The notes: generated by a model from the sequence alone, not told the origin. 41,118 nt of DNA from an uncultured Candidatus Saccharibacteria bacterium (GCA_964583845.1 CAZOXG010000002.1:1-41118); one strand, 5' to 3'; positions 30,629-40,367 are shown, counted from the stretch's first letter. Numbers and translations are program-made.

Positions 30629-32824
30629 TTAGTTTGTTAATTTATGCGGATTATGATTCGGACAATTCTTATCAGAACAGCGATCGGGAATAGTTTTTGT
30701 GCCAACCATCATCAACTCACCACATAACTTACATTTTTCTCCAGTTGGTTTAGTTTTGATTATATATTTGCAATCAGGATAATTTGAACAACTATAGAAA
30801 ATTCCAAATCGTCCACGCTTTTCAGTCATCATACCTTTTTTACACTTTGGACATTCAACACCAGTGGAGTTCAATCTCTCCATTTCTTTATCTTTTTTTA
30901 TAAACTTACATTTCGGATAATTACCACAAGCGATAAACTTACCAAATTTTCCTTCACGTTCAAACAAGTTTGATTTACCACATTGCGGGCAAAGTTCACC
31001 AGTATCTTTTGGTCCCGCAATTTCAATTCCGTCCATTTTAAGTGCTCCTTGACACTCTGGATATTTGGCGCAACTCAAAAACTTGCCAGTGCGTCCAAGC
31101 TTGATCACCATCGGTCCTTTACAAACTGGGCATTTAAATTCGGCACCTGCTTCACCAAGATTAGTAATTTTTTCTACTCCTTCTTTAGCCTTAACATCTG
31201 CTAAGAACGGGCCATAAAAATCCTTCAAAGTTTTGACGTATTGAGCTGTTCCGTTGGCAATATTGTCCAGTTTGTCTTCCATGTCGGCGGTAAAAGTATC
31301 ACTGATATATTTGCCAAAATTATCTTCCAAGAAAGTACTGACAGTCTCACCGGTGTCAGTTGGTTTGAGAGCTCTTTCTATTTTTTCAACATAACCACGA
31401 TCCTGAATCGTCTTAATAATAGAAGCATAAGTAGAAGGACGGCCAATACCTCTTTTTTCTAATTCTTTAATCAAACCCGCTTCAGTATAACGTGGTGGTG
31501 GTTCGGTACTTTTTTCCTGATCTTTAATTTCAATTAGTTTAAGAGTCTCACCAACAGTGATACTTGGTAGTTCTACATCTTCACCACGAGCCTGAGGGTC
31601 GGCGATTAACCAACCGTCAAAGATAACGCGGGACCCATTGGCGGTAAAATCTGGAATCTCACCAGTACCAATTTTTACAATTATTTTACTACGAGCGATT
31701 TTGGCATCAGTCATCTGAGAAGCCACAGTTCTTTGCCAAATCAATTTATAAAGTTTGGCTTGTTCAGGTGTAAAACGAGAACTAGTTTCTAAAGCAAAGT
31801 TAGTTGGACGGATGGCTTCGTGAGCTTCTTGGGCATTTTTACTTTTGGCAGCGAAAGTGCGAGGAGATAAATAATTTTCTCCATAGTTAGTTTTTATAGT
31901 TGCAAAGATTTTTTCTTGAGCTTCTTTGGAAAGGTTGGTACTGTCCGTACGCATATAACTGATGAAACCACCTTCGTAAAGTTTTTGAGCAATACTCATG
32001 GTTCGAGCCGGAGCAAAACCAAGACGGGAAGAAGCAGTTTGTTGCAAGGTGGAAGTGATGAATGGGGCTTTTGGTTGACGTTTAGCTTCGGTTTCATTTA
32101 GATCAGAAATCACCCAGGAATTTGTTTTGCCATAAGCAACAATACGTTTCATTTCTTCTTCGGTTTTTGGTTTTTCTTCACACTCTAAAGGCAAAGGTAA
32201 CTTTTTTGTGGTTTCAGTATCGGCAGTTATCACCCAATATTTTTCAGGAACAAATGCGCGAACTTCACGTTCGCGCTCTACAATAATACGTAGGGCTGGT
32301 GACTGAACACGTCCAGCGGATAGTCCGTAGCGAACTTTTTTCCAAATCAAACCAGAGAGATCGTAACCAACGAGACGATCTAAAACACGGCGAGCTTCTT
32401 GAGCTTGGCGTAAGTTCTCGTCAATTAAGCGTGGGTGAGTCAAAGCTTCTTCGATCGCGGATTTCGTGATTTCATGAAAAGCCACACGTTTTGGATTATG
32501 AAGACCAATAGCCTCCTTCAAATGCCAAGCAATTGCTTCACCTTCACGGTCGGGGTCAGTCGCAAGTAAAACTTCTTCTGCTTCACTAGAGAGTTTTTTT
32601 AATTCCGCGACCACTTTTTCTTTGCCCGGAGAAATTTCGTAAGTGGGAACGAAGCCTGCGGGAATATCAATCGCCTTTTTGTTACTTTTTGGTAAGTCAC
32701 GAATATGACCGATACTTGCCTTTACTATATAACCTTCACCGGCATATTTGGTTATTGTGTTGGCTTTGGCAGGGGACTCCACGATCAATAATTTAAAACT
32801 TTTTGGTGAACTTGTATTACTCAT
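30629..32824 (-). CDS. topA: DNA topoisomerase I with four C-terminal zinc ribbons
   Basis: Toprim start LLIVESPAKA, type IA core, and four CxxC..CxxC modules. The ATG at 32824 is preferred over the TTG at 32833. Confidence 0.93.
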   Translation of the reverse strand: MSNTSSPKSFKLLIVESPAKANTITKYAGEGYIVKASIGHIRDLPKSNKKAIDIPAGFVPTYEISPGKEKVVAELKKLSSEAEEVLLATDPDREGEAIAWHLKEAIGLHNPKRVAFHEITKSAIEEALTHPRLIDENLRQAQEARRVLDRLVGYDLSGLIWKKVRYGLSAGRVQSPALRIIVEREREVRAFVPEKYWVITADTETTKKLPLPLECEEKPKTEEEMKRIVAYGKTNSWVISDLNETEAKRQPKAPFITSTLQQTASSRLGFAPARTMSIAQKLYEGGFISYMRTDSTNLSKEAQEKIFATIKTNYGENYLSPRTFAAKSKNAQEAHEAIRPTNFALETSSRFTPEQAKLYKLIWQRTVASQMTDAKIARSKIIVKIGTGEIPDFTANGSRVIFDGWLIADPQARGEDVELPSITVGETLKLIEIKDQEKSTEPPPRYTEAGLIKELEKRGIGRPSTYASIIKTIQDRGYVEKIERALKPTDTGETVSTFLEDNFGKYISDTFTADMEDKLDNIANGTAQYVKTLKDFYGPFLADVKAKEGVEKITNLGEAGAEFKCPVCKGPMVIKLGRTGKFLSCAKYPECQGALKMDGIEIAGPKDTGELCPQCGKSNLFEREGKFGKFIACGNYPKCKFIKKDKEMERLNSTGVECPKCKKGMMTEKRGRFGIFYSCSNYPDCKYIIKTKPTGEKCKLCGELMMVGTKTIPDRCSDKNCPNHNPHKLTN

Positions 32825-32947
32825 TTCCAACAAGTATTACACGAAAATATCAAAACAGGCAAATTTTTGAAAAGTTTTGGTGAATAATTTTCGCACTTTT
32901 TTTAATAATATTGTATAATGAAACGGAAACTTATTGTTATTAAACTT

Positions 32948-33580
32948 ATGCTTAAAAATAAAACACTCTGGTTGTTTATGGTTGTTGGAATCGGTTTTGT
33001 TGGTTATTTACTTTTTTTGATAAATACTACCAATGCACCGGTTTATACAGCGACTCAATTAAACTCAATTAATATAAATTCTACTTCAACAGATGATATT
33101 GTGTCTGTAAGTTCTGATGGTCTAGATATCGTAAGAGCTACTACGACCGATAATGATATTTCAATTAGTAGTACAACCAAACCAATTACAAAATATACAG
33201 CAACTGTTTTAAAAAGCGCTGTCGATACTTCCAATGCCGTCACTGTTTTAGAAGGGGCCCGTAATTTAGTAAATGTTACTGCTCCTATAGTTAAGCAAAA
33301 TTTTTATTATTTATTTGGTGGAAAATCAAATTTAATTACCGGCTATGGTTTTACTTTTAGCAATCCATCTACCGCTAGTAGTACAGTGGCTTTAAATAAG
33401 ATAAAAACATATTTAACCAAAAATCAAAATATGGCCATCGATATGATGAATAGTGCAAATTCTGGAATGGGAACTACTTTATATAATGGCAGATATATTT
33501 GTTCGATTTACGAATATTCAATTACGATAGATATGAATGTTTCTAAAACTGTTTCTATCCGTTGTGCCAATAGAAAATAA
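32948..33580 (+). CDS. hypothetical secreted or membrane-anchored protein (backbone GC)
   Basis: ORF 32918..33580. The ATG at 32918 overlaps a TATAAT box (32914-32919), so the ATG at 32948 (MLKNKTLWLFMVVGIGFVGYLLF) is preferred. Ser/Thr/Asn-rich. Confidence 0.55.
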   Translation: MLKNKTLWLFMVVGIGFVGYLLFLINTTNAPVYTATQLNSININSTSTDDIVSVSSDGLDIVRATTTDNDISISSTTKPITKYTATVLKSAVDTSNAVTVLEGARNLVNVTAPIVKQNFYYLFGGKSNLITGYGFTFSNPSTASSTVALNKIKTYLTKNQNMAIDMMNSANSGMGTTLYNGRYICSIYEYSITIDMNVSKTVSIRCANRK

Positions 33581-33587
33581 TTTATTT

Positions 33588-33631
33588 AAAATCAGTCGGT
33601 CAATTCGCAAAGCGAATTGACCGACTGATTT
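33588..33631. terminator. bidirectional terminator
   Basis: AAATCAGTCGGTCAATTCGC-AAA-GCGAATTGACCGACTGATTT perfect palindrome. Confidence 0.8.
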
Positions 33632-34504
33632 TTACTTCAGGTATATTTGTCCTCCGTTCTCAGAAATCAGCCCCTTTATTTCCATTAAAGTTAAAACAGT
33701 ATTTAATTCAGTGATTGTTATATTGGCTTTGATTGCCAAGTCATCACGCTCTAGTGGTTCGGTTAAACATTCAATAATTTTTCTTTCTTCTGGTGAACAA
33801 TCGTCAAGATTTAAAGTTAAGTTGGCGGTTTTGGTTTGTAAGCCTAGAGCCTCTAAAATATCAGCACTTGAAGTTATTGGAGTCGCCCCGAGTTTCAAAA
33901 GTAAATGCGGTCCTTCCGATGTACTAGAAAAAATTGAACCAGGCACAGTAAGAACATCACGATTATAATCAGTGGCCATGCGAGCAGTTATTAAAGTGCC
34001 CGACTTGGCTTCGGCTTCTATGACTAAAATAGCGTGCGAGAGACCGGCCATAATACGATTACGTTGAGGAAACGACCAAGTGGTGGCTTTAAAATTTGGT
34101 TCAAATTCGGAAACAAGGGCTCCTCCTTTTTCAATTACTTTTTCAGCGAGTGATATATTAGTCGAAGGATAAATTGATTTTGGATCAAGACCAGAACCCG
34201 GTACAGCTATAGTCGGTAAACCAGCTTCGATTGCCGCTCGATGAGCTATGGTGTCAATCCCTAAAGCTAGACCCGAAACAATGCAAACCTTACTACCAGC
34301 TAGACCGCTTATTAATTTATGTACTATTTCGGCTCCATAATTGGTATATTTTCTAGAACCAACTACGCAGAGGAACTTGTACCCACTATTTTCTGATGGT
34401 AAATTTCCTGCCAGGTATAATTTTTGTGGTGGTTGAGGAATTTCTAGAAGCCTTTCTGGCCACTCGCTCCTTTCAAATTCACGAATATCAAATTTCATAT
34501 ACAT
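33632..34504 (-). CDS. dprA: DNA-processing protein DprA/Smf
   Basis: GSRKYTNYG..IVSGLALGIDTIAHRAA..AVPGSGLD Rossmann-like DprA core. Start ambiguous (34504, 34498, or TTG at 34516). Confidence 0.88.
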   Translation of the reverse strand: MYMKFDIREFERSEWPERLLEIPQPPQKLYLAGNLPSENSGYKFLCVVGSRKYTNYGAEIVHKLISGLAGSKVCIVSGLALGIDTIAHRAAIEAGLPTIAVPGSGLDPKSIYPSTNISLAEKVIEKGGALVSEFEPNFKATTWSFPQRNRIMAGLSHAILVIEAEAKSGTLITARMATDYNRDVLTVPGSIFSSTSEGPHLLLKLGATPITSSADILEALGLQTKTANLTLNLDDCSPEERKIIECLTEPLERDDLAIKANITITELNTVLTLMEIKGLISENGGQIYLK

Positions 34505-34604
34505 ATATTTTATCAATTAAACATGTTTTTACAAAACTTTTAAGCATTGAATTTTAATTTTGTTGTTATATACTGTCATTATTATAGATTATTAGTAAAA
34601 AACC

Positions 34605-35885
34605 ATGTTAGATATTAAATTTATTCGGGAAAACAAAGATTTGATTATGATGGGGGCGGCTAAAAAGCGCCTCAAGTTTGATGTAGAAGAATTAATTAAA
34701 GCTGATGATAAACGTAAAGAGCTCTTGGCTTTAACTGAGGCTAAACGCGCCGAACAAAACATGGTTTCCTCCAAACTTCCACAGATGACCAACGTGGAAG
34801 AAAAACACGCTCTCTTGGCGGATATGAAAATTCTCAAAGAAAGTTTGCAAAAGGAAGAAGAAGAATTAAAAGAGGTAATGAAGACTTGGCAGACTTTGAT
34901 GTTGTCGGTGCCAAATATTCCCGATATGTCTGTGCCAGAAGGTGAAGATGATTCTCAAAATGTAGAAATTAGTACTTGGGGTGAAGTTCCTAAGTTTGAT
35001 TTTCAAGTAAAAGATCATATTCAATTAATGGAAGCTTTGGATTTGGCTGATTTTGAAAAGGGAACTAAGGTGGCCGGTTTTCGTGGATACTTTCTTAAGA
35101 ATGAAGGTGCTTTGCTTGAACTAGCTTTGTTCCAGTTTGTAACTGATGAATTCATCAAAAAAGGTGACTACGTTCCAATGATTGTGCCGTCTCTAGTTCG
35201 TCGCGACGCTCTTTTGGGTACAGGAATCTTACCTCAAGGTGAAGATGATGTTTACAAGACTCAGGATGGAGATTATCTCGCCGGTACCGCTGAAGTAGCT
35301 ACTATGAGTTATTTTGGCGATACTGTAATAGACAAAAAAGATTTACCTAAAAAAGTAATCGCTTTTTCCCCTTGTTTTCGTCGCGAAGCCGGTTCTTATA
35401 GTAAGGATGTTAAAGGAGCTTATCGTGTGCATGAGTTTTATAAGTTTGAACAAGTTATTGTTTGTGAAGCAAGCCACGAAACCTCAGTAAAGCTTCACGA
35501 AGAATTACGTGAAAATTCTGAAAAACTTTTACAAATTCTTGGTTTGCCTTATCGCGTTGTAATCAATTGTGGTGGCGACCTTGGACTTGGTCAAGTTAAG
35601 AAATACGATATAGAAGCTTGGTCTCCGGCCGCGGGAAAATATCGCGAAACACACTCATGTTCCTACTTTCACGATTTTCAATGCCGACGTCTAAATATTC
35701 GTTACAAGGATGATGAAGGTAAAATGAGAATCGCTCATTCTCTTAATAATACGGCTCTGGCAATGCCACGAGTGTTGATCCAATTGTTGGAAAATAATCA
35801 ACAAGCTGACGGTACAGTAAAAATTCCAGAAGTGTTACAAAAATATATGGGAGGAAAGACAATAATTACTCTAAAGACAAAATAG
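34605..35885 (+). CDS. serS: seryl-tRNA synthetase
   Basis: N-terminal coiled-coil arm, then class II motifs (FRREAGS and the NNTALAMPRVL region). Confidence 0.93.
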   Translation: MLDIKFIRENKDLIMMGAAKKRLKFDVEELIKADDKRKELLALTEAKRAEQNMVSSKLPQMTNVEEKHALLADMKILKESLQKEEEELKEVMKTWQTLMLSVPNIPDMSVPEGEDDSQNVEISTWGEVPKFDFQVKDHIQLMEALDLADFEKGTKVAGFRGYFLKNEGALLELALFQFVTDEFIKKGDYVPMIVPSLVRRDALLGTGILPQGEDDVYKTQDGDYLAGTAEVATMSYFGDTVIDKKDLPKKVIAFSPCFRREAGSYSKDVKGAYRVHEFYKFEQVIVCEASHETSVKLHEELRENSEKLLQILGLPYRVVINCGGDLGLGQVKKYDIEAWSPAAGKYRETHSCSYFHDFQCRRLNIRYKDDEGKMRIAHSLNNTALAMPRVLIQLLENNQQADGTVKIPEVLQKYMGGKTIITLKTK

Positions 35886-35892
35886 AAGGATA

Positions 35893-35937
35893 AAATAAAG
35901 AGCGTGGGTTGGCTTTGCCAACCCACGCTCTTTATTT
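35893..35937 (+). terminator. intrinsic terminator
   Basis: AAATAAAGAGCGTGGGTTGGC-TT-TGCCAACCCACGCTCTTTATTT (imperfect palindrome). Confidence 0.8.
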
Positions 35938-36005
35938 AAGTGCCTTTTTCGGTTATGATAATAGATGAATCGTCACTATTTTTTAAATTAGCAACTTATT
36001 AGCCG

Positions 36006-36839
36006 ATGAAAATTAAAAAGAAACTCAAGGGTCAGTCATATTTAAGACAGAGACGCAGACGCCGATTGATTTTGAAGTTGATTTTAACGGGAATCGGTTT
36101 GTTGGTTTTACTTATCGCAAGTTTTATTTTAGCTAGAATGGATTATTTTCAAGTATCTAAAATCGAAATAGTAGGTAATAAAGCAGTTGACTATAGAAGA
36201 ATTAATATTATTGCTCAGACAGCCTTGGTTGACTATTATGCTTGGCTGATTCCAAAAGGAAATATTATTTGGTACCGGAGTTCGGATCTAGAAAACAAAA
36301 TTGCAAAAGCGATACCACGTCTTTCCTTGGTGGAATCTCAAAGAATTTCTCATAACGCTATTCGTATCACAGTTGATGAAAGAAGGCCTTTTGGTGTGTG
36401 GTGTGATAAAAGTACGCCAGAGAACTGTTTTTTGATTGACGCTCGTGGCCTAATTTTTGATAAAGCACCTTTTTTTTCAGGTCAATTATTTTTTAGGTTC
36501 TATGGAGCACTTGACTCGCAGGAGCCGGTTGGGCTAAGGTATTTGTCTGAGACCCGTTTTACTACTTTATCTAACTTTTTGAGTGGAGTAGAAAATCTGG
36601 GCCTTGATATTAAAAGTATAGAAAAAGACAAAGACAAAGATGATTATTTTACGGTAGTTATAAATGATGGCACCAAGTTATTTATTAGCGATCGTTCTTC
36701 GCTAGAAGTAGCTTTAGCCAATCTGCAAACTCTGTTAACTAACAAGGATTCAATTTTTAAAGAAGTTAACGTTTGGACAAAAGTAGATTATTTGAATTTA
36801 CGTTCAACTGATCAGGCGTTTTATAAAATGAAGAAATGA
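36006..36839 (+). CDS. ftsQ: FtsQ/DivIB-like cell-division protein (POTRA)
   Basis: Basic N-terminus, one TM, then FQVSKIEIVGNKAV, typical of a POTRA start. Confidence 0.55.
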   Translation: MKIKKKLKGQSYLRQRRRRRLILKLILTGIGLLVLLIASFILARMDYFQVSKIEIVGNKAVDYRRINIIAQTALVDYYAWLIPKGNIIWYRSSDLENKIAKAIPRLSLVESQRISHNAIRITVDERRPFGVWCDKSTPENCFLIDARGLIFDKAPFFSGQLFFRFYGALDSQEPVGLRYLSETRFTTLSNFLSGVENLGLDIKSIEKDKDKDDYFTVVINDGTKLFISDRSSLEVALANLQTLLTNKDSIFKEVNVWTKVDYLNLRSTDQAFYKMKK

Positions 36840-37852
36840 TAAAAAATAATTTGAAATTTAAAGATTCTAAAGGGTTTTGGCAGAAATTGCCAACGCCATT
36901 TTTTTGTTTAGCGCCAATGCTGGATGTGACCGATGATTCATTTAGACAGATAATAGCTAAATATAGCCGTCACGGAAAAAATGGTGGTGGACCCGATGTA
37001 TTTTGGACCGAGTTTGTTTCTGCTGACGGACTTGATTCCAAGGGGTTGGAAAAACTCTTACCAATGTTGAAGTTCGATAAAAGAGAAAGACCGATAGTAG
37101 CTCAGGTGTTTACTGCTTCACCTGAACATATGTTCAAAGCAGCTCAAATAATTCAAAATCTCGGTTTCGATGGTTTAGATATAAATATGGGCTGTCCCGA
37201 TAAAGGAGTTCAAAAACAAGGTTCAGGCGCGGCTCTTATAAAAAGTCCGACTCTAGCAAGGGCGGTTATTCGTGCGGCTATCGAGGGCGCTCCCAAACTT
37301 CCAATTTCTGTCAAAACTCGTTTAGGTTATAACAAAGAAGAAATAGAAACCTGGATTCCTGAATTGTTAAAAGAAAATATTTCGGCCCTAACTATTCACG
37401 GTCGGACGAAGAAGGATATGTCTTTGGTGCCAGCTCGTTGGAATTCTATAAAAAAAGTTGTCGAGGTTGTTCGGGCTTCAGGTAAAGATATACCCGTTAT
37501 TGGTAACGGCGACGTTTTTGATCTAAAAGATGGTTTACTAAAGGCTGAAATGTCTGGTTGTGATGGTATTATGATTGGCCGTGGCATTTTTGGTAAACCT
37601 TGGTTGTTTGATAGTAAAAGAAAGGCTGAGCCAGAACTAAAAGAAAAACTAAAAATAATGGTTGAGCACACCGAATTATTTTTGAAAATAATGGGCAAAC
37701 GCAAAGTCTTTGATGTCATGAAAAAACATTACAAGGCTTACGTTGGAGGTTTTGATGGAGCCAAAGAGTTACGCGTTGAACTTATGGTCGCCAAAGATTT
37801 GGCCGAAGTTAAAAAAAATGTAAAAAACTTTGTAAAGTCTAGTAAAATCTAG
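36836..37852 (+). CDS. dus: tRNA-dihydrouridine synthase
   Basis: LAPMLDVTD, DINMGCP (catalytic Cys), VKTRLG and HGRTK motifs. 4-nt overlap with the upstream gene. Confidence 0.88.
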   Translation: MIKNNLKFKDSKGFWQKLPTPFFCLAPMLDVTDDSFRQIIAKYSRHGKNGGGPDVFWTEFVSADGLDSKGLEKLLPMLKFDKRERPIVAQVFTASPEHMFKAAQIIQNLGFDGLDINMGCPDKGVQKQGSGAALIKSPTLARAVIRAAIEGAPKLPISVKTRLGYNKEEIETWIPELLKENISALTIHGRTKKDMSLVPARWNSIKKVVEVVRASGKDIPVIGNGDVFDLKDGLLKAEMSGCDGIMIGRGIFGKPWLFDSKRKAEPELKEKLKIMVEHTELFLKIMGKRKVFDVMKKHYKAYVGGFDGAKELRVELMVAKDLAEVKKNVKNFVKSSKI

Positions 37853-37912
37853 ATCCGTGATATCATACTAATAGATATCCAAGTTCAACCTCAAAGAAAG
37901 GAATGGTGACTA

Positions 37913-38125
37913 ATGGCTAATAAATATTCCAAACTGCATCTGGTGGCTGTGTTGCCAAAGTTGTGCCGTTCCAAGGCAAAACTTTCTCAGTCTTCACGCC
38001 CAAGTGTTTCAACAGCCAAAACATATTTGGTGACTGGTCATTTTATTGGGTGCGTTCCGAGTCCAAATCTCCTGGCCCAAGTTCGGAGAGAAGTTTTGAT
38101 CTCAAGAAAAAGATTCGCACCCTAA
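37913..38125 (+). CDS. possible 70-aa basic protein (frame uncertain)
   Basis: AAAGGAA about 9 nt before the ATG, and the stop lies before the terminator at 38132. An overlapping frame (37963..38175) has codon usage closer to the other islands but no RBS, and it runs through the terminator. Confidence 0.3.
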   Translation: MANKYSKLHLVAVLPKLCRSKAKLSQSSRPSVSTAKTYLVTGHFIGCVPSPNLLAQVRREVLISRKRFAP

Positions 38126-38131
38126 GTGAAT

Positions 38132-38162
38132 TGCTCGAGGAACCACCTCGAGCACTTTTTTG
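38132..38162 (+). terminator. intrinsic terminator
   Basis: TGCTCGAGG-AACCA-CCTCGAGCA followed by CTTTTTT. Confidence 0.8.
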
Positions 38163-38163
38163 G

Positions 38164-38191
38164 TTGCATATTTAAAATAAAAATATAGAAT
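38164..38191 (+). promoter_or_regulatory. promoter of the 38237 gene
   Basis: TTGCAT, 16-nt spacer, TAGAAT. Confidence 0.6.
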
Positions 38192-38236
38192 AGCGCTTAG
38201 GTGTTTCCAATAATTGTTCCAAAAGAAAGGCCAAAA

Positions 38237-38761
38237 ATGAAAACGAAAATTTCGATCGTGCCGTTTGTAAAATTGCCGAAGGTTGGTGTATCCGCACTAC
38301 TGCTTCGTCGCCCTGGTTATGATTTTACAAATTTGCGACCAAACTATTTTCCGTACGTGCTGGAAAGTATGTGTCAGGGTCAATTCAGTGATCAGTACTC
38401 GACTCAACTCGATACTATTAACGAATTGTGTCGGACGAAGGAGTTGGCTGCTGTTTGGTCAGTTTGCGTGGCGATCTCCACGGTGCTCTATGAGAATAAG
38501 ACCATGGCTGGACGGCACCTCGTTTGCGGGTGTATTATCCCTCAACCGAGCAAAAACATCCCTTTGCTAAATCTTGGTGTTGGGGTTGGCGAATTGGTTC
38601 CGATTTCAAGACAGATCTTGCCGTCGGTAATGATTCCCGACGCAAGAATGAAACGTGATGGACCAATGGCCCACCGGGTTTTGGTTGCTCCAACGATTCT
38701 GATTGAGTCAATGGAGAAAGGTTTCGAAACCTTCTCTCATTACAGCACTGAAGTTTGGTAG
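38237..38761 (+). CDS. Nudix-fold-like protein, strongly degenerate box (paralogue C)
   Basis: The ATG at 38237 follows AAAGAAAGG. MCQGQFSDQYSTQLDTINELCRTKEL aligns by eye with TCQGILDESERFHRAILRLATESLG of paralogue B. Catalytic Glu residues are lost. Confidence 0.5.
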   Translation: MKTKISIVPFVKLPKVGVSALLLRRPGYDFTNLRPNYFPYVLESMCQGQFSDQYSTQLDTINELCRTKELAAVWSVCVAISTVLYENKTMAGRHLVCGCIIPQPSKNIPLLNLGVGVGELVPISRQILPSVMIPDARMKRDGPMAHRVLVAPTILIESMEKGFETFSHYSTEVW

Positions 38762-38766
38762 ATTGT

Positions 38767-38801
38767 GGCAAGACTCGATTTGCGAGCTTGCCCTTTTTTT
38801 T
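38767..38801 (+). terminator. intrinsic terminator
   Basis: GGCAAG(A)CTCG-ATTTG-CGAGCTTGCC followed by CTTTTTTTT. Confidence 0.75.
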
Positions 38802-38919
38802 AATCAAAAAACATTCAAATAATGCTGTGTCTATATTGCTAAAGTATTCTGAGAAGTGTTTAATTGTTGCTGAACAAGATGATTGCATCTTGCGTTAAAA
38901 ACTCAAAAAGGAGACTACT

Positions 38920-39123
38920 ATGCCCAACAATGAAACTGATGCTAATGTCATCGGAAGCCAGGATAACCAAGGTTCGGAATTTCCGGATTTCGTCCATCCA
39001 AATATGGCCGAACATGGTCAGGCTGGAAAAGATCAGCCCCTTTGGGATTATGCTTGCCCGGCCGAGGTATCATCGACTGGAGCGTTTGATAGCGTGCCCG
39101 GAGTCATTATCGACGGTCGTTGA
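38920..39123 (+). CDS. 67-aa acidic protein (ORFan)
   Basis: AAGGAGA 7 nt before the ATG. Terminator at 39196. The leader carries hairpin CAAGATG-ATTG-CATCTTG. Confidence 0.6.
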   Translation: MPNNETDANVIGSQDNQGSEFPDFVHPNMAEHGQAGKDQPLWDYACPAEVSSTGAFDSVPGVIIDGR

Positions 39124-39195
39124 TAATTTCTTTTTAGAAGTGTTTACATCTTGTTTGTTATCGATCTTAACCTTATTAAAAGGGAAGTGTCTGTT

Positions 39196-39229
39196 CCACC
39201 CGTGTGCAATTATGCACGGGTGGTTTTTA
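39196..39229 (+). terminator. intrinsic terminator
   Basis: CCACCCGTG..CACGGGTGG followed by TTTTTA. Confidence 0.75.
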
Positions 39230-39276
39230 TTTGTCATTAAGTTATACTATATTCATTATTATTTTATAGATTAAAC

Positions 39277-40335
39277 ATGTCCAAAATTCAAAAAGATCAA
39301 GTTGAAAATTCCGCCACTCTTTATAGAAAATACCGCCCACAATCCTTTAAGGAAGTGGTTGGACAAGATCATATAACACATACACTCGAAGCTTCCATAA
39401 AAAATGGCAATATTGGGCACGCTTATCTTTTTTGTGGCTCTCGTGGTACTGGTAAAACTTCGTTGGCCCGTATTTTTGCCAAAGCAATCGGCTGTACTCC
39501 AAATGATCTTTATGAATTAGATGCTGCTTCACACACTCAAGTAGAAAATATCCGCGAGTTGAACGAAGCTGTGAATACTCTGCCTTTTGAATCTTCTTAC
39601 AAGGTATACATTTTAGATGAGGTACACATGCTCTCCAAGAACGCTTGGAATGCGCTTTTAAAGACTTTAGAGGAGCCACCTCAACACGCTGTCTTTATTC
39701 TAGCGACGACTGAGTTGGAGAAAGTACCCGAAACAGTTGTCTCTCGCTGTCAGTCATTTATTTTTCGTAAGCCGACTCAAGCTATTCTCAAGGAGATGGT
39801 TTTGAAGCTGGCAAAAAGTGAAGACTTTAAGTTGGAACCCGCTTCTGCTGATTTGATTGCATTTTTAGGAGATCGTTCATTCCGCGACACTCAGAGTATT
39901 TTGCAAAAGGTGATTGGAGCTTCATCAGACAAAAAGATTTCTGTCGAGGAAGTATTAGAAATTACAGGTGCACCAAGATCGGAATCAGTTAATGGTTTTA
40001 TTTCAGCCATTGATAGTCAAAATATTGAGGATGGTTTGCAAGCAATTTCAAAAATAGCAGAAGAGAATATTGATCCAGAAATTTACATTAAAATGATTTT
40101 AGAAAAAGTTCGCAATATTCTATTGCTCAGACTTTCGCCAAGTACCGCTGAAAAGATTCGCGATAAATATTCAGATCAAGATTTTACTTTTATTGATAAT
40201 TTGGCCAAGAAAAAAGAAGTTAAAATTAATTCCAATGTTTTAGCAGGACTTTTGTGTACTAGCGATGAGATTCGTAAATCTAGTGTGCCAGAAGTTACTC
40301 TTGAATTATGTTTGTATAGTTTGCTGGGGGAATAG
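39277..40335 (+). CDS. dnaX: DNA polymerase III gamma/tau-type clamp-loader subunit (short, 352 aa)
   Basis: Walker A GSRGTGKTS, Walker B ILDEVHML, sensor VSRCQ. Confidence 0.9.
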   Translation: MSKIQKDQVENSATLYRKYRPQSFKEVVGQDHITHTLEASIKNGNIGHAYLFCGSRGTGKTSLARIFAKAIGCTPNDLYELDAASHTQVENIRELNEAVNTLPFESSYKVYILDEVHMLSKNAWNALLKTLEEPPQHAVFILATTELEKVPETVVSRCQSFIFRKPTQAILKEMVLKLAKSEDFKLEPASADLIAFLGDRSFRDTQSILQKVIGASSDKKISVEEVLEITGAPRSESVNGFISAIDSQNIEDGLQAISKIAEENIDPEIYIKMILEKVRNILLLRLSPSTAEKIRDKYSDQDFTFIDNLAKKKEVKINSNVLAGLLCTSDEIRKSSVPEVTLELCLYSLLGE

Positions 40336-40367
40336 TCAAGATTAGATACTACAATAAATAAGCAACA

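Noticed and set aside
37963-38175. 70-aa GTG-initiated ORF as the true gene of the first unit after dus
   Set aside because: It has no RBS and it traverses the terminator stem. It is not fully excluded, because its codon usage resembles the other islands. It is reported as an ambiguity rather than a feature.
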